From: a virus
Strand: one strand, 5' to 3'
IMG/VR virus record: IMGVR_UViG_3300031965_000033
Coordinates: 1 to 57,988 of that record
Length of the DNA: 57,988 nt
Under the pieces are notes generated by a model that was not told where the DNA came from, made no database searches, and was given only the letters and a program-made list of their open reading frames with translations. The position numbers and the translations under genes were made by a program. Shown in pieces: positions 44,532-53,250 of the stretch. Position 1 is the first letter of the stretch; each line of letters starts with the position of its first letter.

Positions 44532-45005
44532 CGCGGTTGAGACCGCTACACGAATCGACCGCCCGAACCCGCGTTGATCAGTTCGTCTCGCGTCACCGCG
44601 ACTACCCTTCACCTTTCGGCACTTGTCATCTCAGTTCGCACCGACGGTTCCAGTTCCTTCTCGACGAATCGACGTTTCGTAACGGAGCCATTCTGTGCGC
44701 CCCGACGTACCGTGACGGTCCCAGGCTTTGCGAATCGACTATCCGCTACCGTTCCCCTCGTCTCGTCTCGACTACTCTATTCGTGACTTATCGACACAAG
44801 CCGACGTGACTGTACCGCCCAGGTCTCGACTGGCCAAATCCGAGTATACCGACTACCCGCTACTGCACCCCTCGTCTTATTTCGACGAGACTGGTCGACT
44901 CACCCTGAGCCATGACCTGACGCACCGACTAGCCGCCACGCGACTCTTCTTTCCCCCGCGACGGGGCATAACGATGTGACATCGTGACCGCTTGCGGCCA
45001 GGGAG
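44532..45005 (+). other. C-rich, strand-asymmetric CGAC-repeat tract (probably untranslated RNA)
   Basis: 17 CGAC on the plus strand against 1 GTCG. Hand count over 44581-44940: A65 C132 G77 T86. Degenerate 100-137-bp repeats (CGACTAYCC at 44599, 44736, 44849). All three forward frames are partly open, and no ORF looks protein-like. Confidence 0.55.
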
Positions 45006-45059
45006 CGCCTAGTGTGGTAGACTGACCCTCAGCAAACCAAAAACATGGTGGACGTACGG

Positions 45060-45104
45060 GCCGCCGGTGGACTCGCTGTAATCGCGAGTTGCCGGCGGCT
45101 TTTT
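45060..45104 (+). terminator. Strong intrinsic terminator closing the island
   Basis: gccgccgg...actcgc-tgtaatc-gcgagt...ccggcggc (8 + 6 bp) followed by TTTTT. Confidence 0.85.
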
Positions 45105-45126
45105 CGTATTACCCAAAGGATCAACG

Positions 45127-45630
45127 ATGGTAGCGAAGACGAAGACACTGGAGACAACCGAAGCGCCGGTCATCGATGACGAGCAGGCGGTTGTCGATAA
45201 GGCGGTATCGCGGTTCACCTTTGCTGATGACTTCCCCGCTGTTGTGCCAGATCCTGATGGGTTCTACCACGATGCGAGCTGGATCAAGATCGAGTGCGAT
45301 TGGGACGGACTGAAGCCAAAACCGGGGTGTGCCCCACTCTGGGCCGAGATCGATGCCGGGCTCACGTTTGACGACGCGGAAGCGATTCCGAACATCTTCG
45401 AAACGCCGTACGGTCAACTCTACCGCTATGTCTGCCCACGCGTGCGGGCGTGGAACGCGAAGGCTCGCGATCTCAATACTGGTCACCTTATGGATGTTCC
45501 GCCACCCGCTGAGATCGGGCCCGACGCCTTCCGCGCAATTCATCCGCGCATCTTGCTCTGGATCGCCTACACGCTCAAGACGATTCATTTAGGCGGTGGT
45601 CCGAACCGCCCAAAAGAGACGAGCTCATAA
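45127..45630 (+). CDS. Tail assembly chaperone (G-like)
   Basis: Immediately upstream of the tape measure. Contains the slippery heptamer near its 3' end. Confidence 0.7.
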   Translation: MVAKTKTLETTEAPVIDDEQAVVDKAVSRFTFADDFPAVVPDPDGFYHDASWIKIECDWDGLKPKPGCAPLWAEIDAGLTFDDAEAIPNIFETPYGQLYRYVCPRVRAWNAKARDLNTGHLMDVPPPAEIGPDAFRAIHPRILLWIAYTLKTIHLGGGPNRPKETSS

Positions 45631-45917
45631 AGTCATGGACGCGTTGGAATGAGCGTCGTCGATTGGATTTACCCAACGCGGATTGGGACGACGATGACCC
45701 GGAGAATCCACCGCCCGTCAAACCAGGCGGGCTCGATAAGAATTTGTTCTATCGATGGGGAGAGCGCATCTGGCCCGATGAGCTTGGACGGCAACGAGCG
45801 ATGCGCTTCAGTCAGGCGATGCGGGATCAACAAGTCTACCGAGAGACGATCGAAAGCGTCGCTCAACAAGCACAGGCGTTCGGTGTCGTGAGTACGGACA
45901 TTTCGCCGGTTGCTTAG
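45127..45917 (+). CDS. Tail assembly chaperone G-T fusion (via -1 frameshift at 45609-45615)
   Basis: The -1 frame reads PKRDELIKSWTRWNERRRLDLPNADW... without stops to TAG at 45915-45917. The canonical arrangement upstream of a tape measure gene. Confidence 0.6.
45609..45615 (+). other. -1 programmed frameshift heptamer C_CCA_AAA
   Basis: X_XXY_YYZ in the zero frame (cgC CCA AAA). The -1 frame is open from here to 45917. Confidence 0.65.
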
Positions 45918-46042
45918 AGGTTGAACGCGAGCGCGATTAAGTAGTAGGCGAATCCCAGAATGACGATGACAAGCAAGATCGCCCACACCGTTTTCCAAAT
46001 GATCGACAGGATACGCGTAAACGACGGCGTTTCGTTCGACAT
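45914..46042 (-). CDS. Small antisense-oriented membrane protein (42 aa)
   Basis: Minus-strand GGAGG lies 7 nt before the ATG. Product MSNETPSFTRILSIIWKTVWAILLVIVILGFAYYLIALAFNL. Fills the whole chaperone-TMP gap. Confidence 0.4.
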   Translation of the reverse strand: MSNETPSFTRILSIIWKTVWAILLVIVILGFAYYLIALAFNL

Positions 46043-46054
46043 GGGTGTCCTCCA

Positions 46055-48490
46055 ATGAGCGATAAAGTCGAGATCAAGATAACAGGAACTAACCAGGCCG
46101 GTCCTGCATTTCGACAGGTTACGTCAGATGCCCAAACAATGGGGCGATCAATCGACGAAACCGGGCGGCGCTCCGCTCAGTCGCTACAAAACATCAACCA
46201 ACGAGCGGCCGCGTTGGGTGCTGCGATCGGTGGCGCAACACTCCTCATGGGCGAGTTTACCCGTGCCGCCGCTGAGGACGAAGCAAGCCAAGCACGGGTT
46301 GAACAAGCCATCCAGAACACCGGCGACGCACTGGATGACTATTCCGCCAAGCTCGACATCGCCATCAAAAAAGGCCAAGAAAAAGCATTCTCCGACGACG
46401 ATACCCGCGACGCACTGACGAAACTAATCGGCGTTACCAACGATACTGGCCTGGCGATGGACAATCTCGGGCTGGTTATGGACTTTGCGCGAGCGCGGGG
46501 TATTAGCCTCGCGACATCTGCCGACATCATCGGGAAGGTGATGGGCGGCAACCTCGGAATTCTTTCCAGGTACGGAATCGTGCTTGGCGAGAACGCCACT
46601 AAAGAGGAAGCGCTCGCACTCATTCAGCAACGATCGGCGGGGCAGGCGGCAACCTATGCGGAAACTTCACTCGGTCAACTCGACATCTATAAGGACAAAC
46701 TCGGTGAACTGACCGAAGGGTGGGGCGCTCACGCCGGGGCGATGCAGTCCGTGCTGCTCATGTTGCCGGGACTACGTGCTGGATACATTGCGCTAGCGGG
46801 CGCGATCGGTGGACTCGGCGGGCTCGGGGCGCTCGCCGGGATTGCCGTTCCAGCCGCCTTAGTTGCGGGCGGCGCATCACTCGCGTACGGCTACAACCAG
46901 GATACGATTGGCGAGACGGCGACTAATACCTTTTGGAATAACTTTTTCCTAAAAGGCTCCCAGGTCATGAACGCCCTGCTTCCGGGCGATCCATATGACG
47001 TTCAGAAGTATCGCGAGCAGCTCCTTGAGAATGAACGCGGGGCACTCATCAACACCGGACTCCTAGCTCCAGGCGAAGACCAGTCGGTTGTTTGGGATCG
47101 CATTGCCGCGCTCACTGGAACGATCACCGGCGAGATGAGCACGCGAGAGCTCATTGATCATGTCGTACGGCTTTCAACTGGTCAGGGCCTGACGATTCCG
47201 CAATGGGTTTCGCAGACAGCGGGGGCGCGGGCTGACTGGATTCAAGACCCGATCACTGGCGTCAATATGCCGAGATCGGAATACAGTCGCTACAACAGCC
47301 AACGTCTTATTGGGTCCGGGATGTATCCGACAACTGGGGTCGGGCTCAGCGCGGGCTACGTTGGCCCATTGCCTCGCCCAGACCCGTACGGCGGGCAAGG
47401 TATCTATAACCCGTTCCAGTACGATTTCGCGAAGTACAACGCACAGGTCGGGTCACGGTTTGGCACGGAGCCGGCCTATAGCGCGTATGGCACCGGCGGC
47501 ACGGGTGCCATCGCCAATACGCTAAGCGGCGCGGGTGCGGCTCCGATTGTGCTCTCACAGGCCAATCAAGACATTGCTAATGCCGCCAACGCGGCCGCCT
47601 ACACCGCCGCGCTCGAAGAGCAGTACGGCGCGTACGCTCGACTGATCGAGGGGATTGACGGCGCAAGGGGAGCGGCTTCTGCGTACAAAGCGGTTCAGGA
47701 TGGGCTACTTGGAGACCAGGAAGTTTACAACCATCAATTAGGCGAATTCGGCGGTGTTCAGTCCGATCTCACGGCTGGCTATGAGATCCTTTTAGAACGG
47801 CAAGCGGCGGGGCAAAAACTCACTAAAGAAGAACAAAGCTTGCTCGACAACTACCCTGCGCTGTATGCGCGAATCAGCGGTGCTGTAGACGACGCGACGG
47901 TTTCCAATGCGCTGATCGCCGCATCCTATATCGAAAACATGAAACAGAGTGATGCTTGGAAGTCATCACTCGATGACACCAATGGATCACTTGGCAGCCT
48001 GAACGAGACCCTTCAACTCTTCATTCTCAGTCTCGAAGGCGTGCCTGAAGAAGTCCGTACGAGAATCTACCTCGACAACATCTCGCTTGCGCTTCAGGAC
48101 ATCGAGACGTTCAAGTCTCTACTCGACAGCGTGCCGCCTTCCGTCGCGACCACACTCTATCTGACGTATCAGGACTACATCCCAGGCGGCGTTGGCTCTC
48201 CGTTCCTACACGGTGGCATTCCCAGGTACGCCAATGGCGGCATTCCGATTTACGCGGGCGAAGCGGGTCCTGAGTTGATGAGCTTTGCGAACGGCGGTTC
48301 CGCGATGGCGATGACGCCGGGTATTTACACCGTGCCCCAGAACACCCATATCACCCCCGCCCCCGCGTCCAGGGGGCGGATGAGCGGCGGTGGCGGGAAC
48401 ATCATCGTGCAGGGCGATCTCCACCTGCATATGAGCGATCCCAACGTCTATGCGGCTGTCCGTGAATCCGCGATCGGCGGTTCGCGATGA
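46055..48490 (+). CDS. Tape measure protein
   Basis: 811 aa, Ala/Gly-rich helical with hydrophobic segments, downstream of the G/GT chaperones. Confidence 0.9.
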   Translation: MSDKVEIKITGTNQAGPAFRQVTSDAQTMGRSIDETGRRSAQSLQNINQRAAALGAAIGGATLLMGEFTRAAAEDEASQARVEQAIQNTGDALDDYSAKLDIAIKKGQEKAFSDDDTRDALTKLIGVTNDTGLAMDNLGLVMDFARARGISLATSADIIGKVMGGNLGILSRYGIVLGENATKEEALALIQQRSAGQAATYAETSLGQLDIYKDKLGELTEGWGAHAGAMQSVLLMLPGLRAGYIALAGAIGGLGGLGALAGIAVPAALVAGGASLAYGYNQDTIGETATNTFWNNFFLKGSQVMNALLPGDPYDVQKYREQLLENERGALINTGLLAPGEDQSVVWDRIAALTGTITGEMSTRELIDHVVRLSTGQGLTIPQWVSQTAGARADWIQDPITGVNMPRSEYSRYNSQRLIGSGMYPTTGVGLSAGYVGPLPRPDPYGGQGIYNPFQYDFAKYNAQVGSRFGTEPAYSAYGTGGTGAIANTLSGAGAAPIVLSQANQDIANAANAAAYTAALEEQYGAYARLIEGIDGARGAASAYKAVQDGLLGDQEVYNHQLGEFGGVQSDLTAGYEILLERQAAGQKLTKEEQSLLDNYPALYARISGAVDDATVSNALIAASYIENMKQSDAWKSSLDDTNGSLGSLNETLQLFILSLEGVPEEVRTRIYLDNISLALQDIETFKSLLDSVPPSVATTLYLTYQDYIPGGVGSPFLHGGIPRYANGGIPIYAGEAGPELMSFANGGSAMAMTPGIYTVPQNTHITPAPASRGRMSGGGGNIIVQGDLHLHMSDPNVYAAVRESAIGGSR

Positions 48491-51402
48491 CGATGGTCCC
48501 TTGGGCCCTCAATGGGCGCTTGCTATCGACTGACTATGTTGGCTGCGGATTCCAAATCGGCAGTACGTCGGGGCCGAGCCGATACCCGGTCGAGATACCG
48601 GTCGCCGACGATGCCCCGATCATCGCGGGCATGCGCCAGAGCGCCCGCACGCTCACGCTCGAATTCACCCCGGTCAGCGGCTCCACGTCGCTCAACGATG
48701 CGAACTATGTGATGCGGCAGGCGCTTGCGCTCGTGGGGCCGTCCGGGTCGGATCGCAAGACGCTGGTTGTCAAGCTCGTTGGCGGGCCAGACGCCGACAC
48801 CGAGCTCGAGGCCGAGGTGTCCGTCGGGCAGTATCGCTACGCGTCGCCGTCCCGCAATACCGTGCTCGTCGATCTCGCGATGGCCGACGATCGCTGGTAC
48901 GAGCGCGCCGACACCATCATGGGGCAGGTGCTCTTCAGTGGCCCGATCGCGATCCCGCTGCTCAATCACGGCGGGGCCGACGTTGCGCCCGTGATCTCGA
49001 TCGAGATGAATACGCAGCGCACGACGGAATCGGCGACGGTCGGTTGGAAGTGGCGACGAACGAAGACGATCAGTGCGGGCGGGGATCGCAACTGGAACCG
49101 CGTGCGGCTCACGATCGATCTGGGCGATACCGAGGCGCTGGTGACGGCGGGCAAGGCGCTGGCCTCGGGCGACGATCTCCGGGTCCGGTTCCAGGGCCGC
49201 GAGCTGACTCGCACGTTGACCAATTGGAACACCGATCGCACGTTTGTCCATTTCGTTGGCACGATCCCGGCGGGCGGGTCGGCCACCTATGAAGTCATCT
49301 ACGGCAATCCCGATGCGACCACGCCGGATAATCTCAGCACCCGCACGAGCCATTACGACACCTATGTCGCCGACGATCTGCATGGCTATACCGGGACCGC
49401 CACATCTGGCGCGGTCGGGTCGATGACTGATTCAGGCGCATCGTGGGAGACAAACGAATGGGCGGGCGGCTTCATCGGTTTCCTGTCCGGGACCGGATCG
49501 GTGCGTTACCGCCGTGTGCTTTCGAACACCGGGACCGTGATCACGCTAAACCGTGACGCCGCGACGGCGCCCGCGTCCGGAACGGTCTATATCCTGTGGA
49601 AGAGCAGCATCTTTATCGACGGCGGCCGTGTCACTGCCAGAGACTCGACCACGATCACGGACGATCAGCATACCGATAAATGGGCGCCGAGTAGTCTCAA
49701 GGGCGCGACGGTGACCTTCATCGCCGGTTCAGGCGCCACCCCGGCAACGATGACGGTCTCAGACAACACAACCGATACGATCACCTTCACCACCGCGTTC
49801 AGTATCGTGCCTTTGGTCAACGATCAGTACCAGATCGAGCGGTACGGCCTTCTCGGCTACCACGTCGACAAGAGCATCGTCTCAACCCCGCATCGCGGAC
49901 TCTGGCGCACAAGCCACCATGCGTCGTCGGGCGGTGAGATCACGTTCGGTGATCGCACGCCGGGCGGCTGGAACTCGTGGCTGATGACCGATAACCAGGA
50001 CCAGTTCGCTCAGTTGCGTGTGACCGACGAAACCGCCGGGGCCAGCGTCAGCAACTGGCCGTACCTCTCCGCGCGCCGCCGGGTCCGCTCCGATCTGACG
50101 ATGCCCGAAAAGGGTGCGGCGGATGGCGTGTGCCTGTATGAGCCGCGCGGGATCGTGTCGCTCGATTGGAACTATCGCTTCGAAAACGATAACGGCATCG
50201 GGTCCGTGCATGTCATGACGCAGAAACCGGACGGCGACGATTGGTCGATCGTCACAAGTGACGACACGACCTACGCGAGCATGACGGCGGTTACGTCCGG
50301 CACGGGCTCGGCGGGCGGTTGGTCGCTCGCTGGCACCGAAAACCCTGTCCGGCTCTATCTCGGAATGCTCCCGGCGGGCGGTCCCGACTCCGAAGTCGCG
50401 AGCACCGAGTCAAAAAATCGCAACGCCGAAGTCCGCAATCACACCCGGATGATGGTCTGGCTGAGCATCGACACGTGCGGCGGGCTCTCCGGATCGATCT
50501 GGTCGATTGGCTCCGAGGTGGCGATCTACGATCTCAACGTGACCGGACGGCTCGGCGGCGGAGCGATCGGGGCGGAAGTCGCGCCGTATTTTACCTTTGC
50601 CGCTGGCGGCGATGGGCATTACCTGCATCTCGCATCCGGTCAAAAACTTGAGATCAATCCAGCACCGACCGCGGTCTACCCACTCCTGGGCTTGTATGAC
50701 TCGAGCGATGTGCTGGTGAGCCGTGTGCCGTACGCGGCGGTGATCAATCGGTACGAGTTGAACCTGGACGGCACGGATACCGCGATCACCGATTACGCGA
50801 TGTCGCTTCCGCCTGGACTCAATCTCATTACGACGGGCGAGGACAGCTCCACCGGTTGGTCGATCGCGAACAGCGCGGGTGTGACCGCCACGATCGCGGA
50901 CGGCGCCACGGTCTGGGACGGCGGGGCAACGTCGCTCGAGGTGACGGTTACCACGACCCCCGCCGGAGCCTGGACGATCACGTTGACCCGCACGGCGGAT
51001 TCCGGGCGCATCGATGTCATTCCGGGAACGCTCTATGAGTTCGGGTTTGTGCGGCGGCGCAACGGTCTAACCAACGCGATCACCTGCGAGATGACCGTGA
51101 CCTGGAGTTACGACGCGGGCACACCGAGCACGACCGACGCGGCGCAAACGATCGGCGGGGCAATGGCCGCGGCCGACACCTGGTATCCGGCGGGCACGGG
51201 CAGGTCGATTCATCCAGGGAGCGACGCGGAGTCCGCGACCACGGAAGCGGCCGTCAGCATCGTGATCGGGGGCACGGGCAGCACATCTGGCACGATCTTC
51301 ATCGATCCGGTCACGCTCGGCGTGCCGAACCTGTATCTGGACGAAGCAGAGATTGGGACGCTCGCGGTCGATCTCTTTTGGAATGAGGCGCAGTATGCGT
51401 GA
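48487..51402 (+). CDS. Distal tail protein with large extensions (putative)
   Basis: ATGA overlap with the tape measure; 971 aa. Confidence 0.6.
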   Translation: MTMVPWALNGRLLSTDYVGCGFQIGSTSGPSRYPVEIPVADDAPIIAGMRQSARTLTLEFTPVSGSTSLNDANYVMRQALALVGPSGSDRKTLVVKLVGGPDADTELEAEVSVGQYRYASPSRNTVLVDLAMADDRWYERADTIMGQVLFSGPIAIPLLNHGGADVAPVISIEMNTQRTTESATVGWKWRRTKTISAGGDRNWNRVRLTIDLGDTEALVTAGKALASGDDLRVRFQGRELTRTLTNWNTDRTFVHFVGTIPAGGSATYEVIYGNPDATTPDNLSTRTSHYDTYVADDLHGYTGTATSGAVGSMTDSGASWETNEWAGGFIGFLSGTGSVRYRRVLSNTGTVITLNRDAATAPASGTVYILWKSSIFIDGGRVTARDSTTITDDQHTDKWAPSSLKGATVTFIAGSGATPATMTVSDNTTDTITFTTAFSIVPLVNDQYQIERYGLLGYHVDKSIVSTPHRGLWRTSHHASSGGEITFGDRTPGGWNSWLMTDNQDQFAQLRVTDETAGASVSNWPYLSARRRVRSDLTMPEKGAADGVCLYEPRGIVSLDWNYRFENDNGIGSVHVMTQKPDGDDWSIVTSDDTTYASMTAVTSGTGSAGGWSLAGTENPVRLYLGMLPAGGPDSEVASTESKNRNAEVRNHTRMMVWLSIDTCGGLSGSIWSIGSEVAIYDLNVTGRLGGGAIGAEVAPYFTFAAGGDGHYLHLASGQKLEINPAPTAVYPLLGLYDSSDVLVSRVPYAAVINRYELNLDGTDTAITDYAMSLPPGLNLITTGEDSSTGWSIANSAGVTATIADGATVWDGGATSLEVTVTTTPAGAWTITLTRTADSGRIDVIPGTLYEFGFVRRRNGLTNAITCEMTVTWSYDAGTPSTTDAAQTIGGAMAAADTWYPAGTGRSIHPGSDAESATTEAAVSIVIGGTGSTSGTIFIDPVTLGVPNLYLDEAEIGTLAVDLFWNEAQYA

Positions 51403-51423
51403 TCAACATAAGGACACATCGAC

Positions 51424-53241
51424 ATGGTGACGTTACCGGCAGTGCAAGAAGATCGCGTCGGAGGCGTCGGCGGCACGCCTGCGGTTGCTGCGGTCATCAA
51501 CCTCTTGCGGACTGCCATTGATCAGCTTGCGATCCGGCTGCAAGTTTCGACCTATGGCGCGGTTGGAGATGGCTCCACTGACGATACCGCCGCGATCGAT
51601 CTCGCGATGGACGCGGCGTATGCGCTTTACATCGCACAGAGCGCCACCCACAAAAACGCCAAAGTCATCCTCGAATTCGAGGGAGATAAAACCTACATCA
51701 TTGCCCGTCGCGTTGCTGGCGATGCTGGGCTCGGCGGTATCTTCCTGCGAATCGGTGTTTGCCTAGAGGGCAATGGCGCGACATTGAAACTCTCCGAAAG
51801 CGCAACCACGACCTGTGCCTGGATTCGCACCAAGACCCCAACGACAGTTGACAAGATCGCCACGCTTTCGCTGTTGACCCAGATCACGGCAAACATCGCC
51901 GTCAACGCCACCCAGATCACCGTCACCAGTTCGGCGGGATTCGCGGTCGGTGACGATGTGTTCCTGCGGATCAACGACAATGCTTACGATTCGGCGGAAA
52001 CCAAAGACCCGATGTTCGCCAAGATTCTGACGGTGGACGATGCCACGCACGTCACGCTCGACCGTCCGATTCCGGTGGCGATGACGGAAGCCACGACCGC
52101 CACCGCGAACAAACGTCTCATCCTGATGCATGAACCGATCGAGGGCATCTTCATTCGCAACTTCCACCTCATCAACAGCCAGGTCGGAACCGCCAACGGA
52201 TCGTATGGCATCGATATCCGGTATACCCGCAATTGCGTGGTCGAAAACATTACCGGCGAGCACGTTGGGCCCGGCATTATCGGCGGTGGCTATAACGAAG
52301 ATCTCATTGGACGGAACCTCCGGGTACGCACCTGTGACGATCAGGGGGCAACCTCCAGCAAGGGCCGGGTGCTTGGGCTCTGGAACTCCAAGAATTGTTT
52401 GTTCGAGTCGGTCTACGGTGAGGATTTCCAGAACCAATTCACGTACTTCGAGTCCTACTGCCGCAACATCGTCGTGCGGGGCGCCCATGCGGTCAACACC
52501 CATGCGAGCCACGGCACAACCGGTATTTTCACCGCCACGCAGGAAAGCCAGGTGCATTACGAGAATGCCCTGATCGAGGGCAAGGGCGGCATGTCCGCCT
52601 TTACCGCGCTGACGAATGGGGTATCGACGTTCTCGGATATCCGTATTCGCACGGGGTCGGCGATCAAGGTCCTTCCGTTGCGCTATGCGGCGCGCTCGAT
52701 CGAGGTTGCTGGTACGACGTACCGAGAACTCAAGCAGTGGTCGTGCCTCTTTCCGATCCGAGCGAGTTTGAGCAATGTTGATCTTGGATTGCCGTCCGGG
52801 ATTTACGCGAAGGTCAAGGTCTTTGTCAGTAGTGTCACCGGCTTGACCGGGTTCCGGCTCAAAACCGCGACCGTACAGGGGCCGGGCGACCAGACCAGCA
52901 GTTTAGTCGCGGGCCAACTCGTCGATCTCTCGGTCACGTTCGGCATGTATGGGAGCGACTATGCGTTCAACAACGAGGTTGACAAGATCACCGACATCGA
53001 CACGGACGGCACGGTGCCCGCCGGGGCGTGGGGTGTGCTCTGGATTGAGTATTACCCGGTGGCGGGGAACGACAAGAGCAAGGGGATTATTCAGGCGTAC
53101 GGGAATCAAATTGCGCTCACAGCGGCGGATGCGTCGGCGCTCAATACCGGGGATGCGACGAGTGACACGGTGATTGGAAACATGAGGACCCGAATCGGAG
53201 AGATCGAAGACATGCTCAAAATAGCCAGAATCCTAGCGTAG
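51424..53241 (+). CDS. Tail-tip beta-helix protein (pectate-lyase fold; tailspike/depolymerase-like)
   Basis: STYGAVGDGSTDDTAAIDLAMDAAY signature of the Pectate_lyase_3-type N-terminus; 605 aa. Confidence 0.7.
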   Translation: MVTLPAVQEDRVGGVGGTPAVAAVINLLRTAIDQLAIRLQVSTYGAVGDGSTDDTAAIDLAMDAAYALYIAQSATHKNAKVILEFEGDKTYIIARRVAGDAGLGGIFLRIGVCLEGNGATLKLSESATTTCAWIRTKTPTTVDKIATLSLLTQITANIAVNATQITVTSSAGFAVGDDVFLRINDNAYDSAETKDPMFAKILTVDDATHVTLDRPIPVAMTEATTATANKRLILMHEPIEGIFIRNFHLINSQVGTANGSYGIDIRYTRNCVVENITGEHVGPGIIGGGYNEDLIGRNLRVRTCDDQGATSSKGRVLGLWNSKNCLFESVYGEDFQNQFTYFESYCRNIVVRGAHAVNTHASHGTTGIFTATQESQVHYENALIEGKGGMSAFTALTNGVSTFSDIRIRTGSAIKVLPLRYAARSIEVAGTTYRELKQWSCLFPIRASLSNVDLGLPSGIYAKVKVFVSSVTGLTGFRLKTATVQGPGDQTSSLVAGQLVDLSVTFGMYGSDYAFNNEVDKITDIDTDGTVPAGAWGVLWIEYYPVAGNDKSKGIIQAYGNQIALTAADASALNTGDATSDTVIGNMRTRIGEIEDMLKIARILA

Positions 53242-53250
53242 GAACGAACG

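Noticed and set aside
44528-44979. ORFs 44528..44809, 44574..44786 and 44728..44979 as protein-coding genes
   Set aside because: The three overlapping frames are open only because stop codons are depleted in this C-rich tract. The products are Arg/Ser/Thr/Pro-rich and out-of-frame-looking, and the repeated DYP.PF string falls in different frames in different copies. The ATGA overlap of 44528 with the upstream stop keeps a small residual possibility.
44532-45005. CRISPR array downstream of the RAMP-like gene
   Set aside because: I found no exact direct repeats of 20 nt or more with regular spacing. The repeats are degenerate, of 100-137-bp period, and dominated by short CGAC motifs. Only one repeat-like hairpin is present, so it is reported as a solitary element and not as an array.
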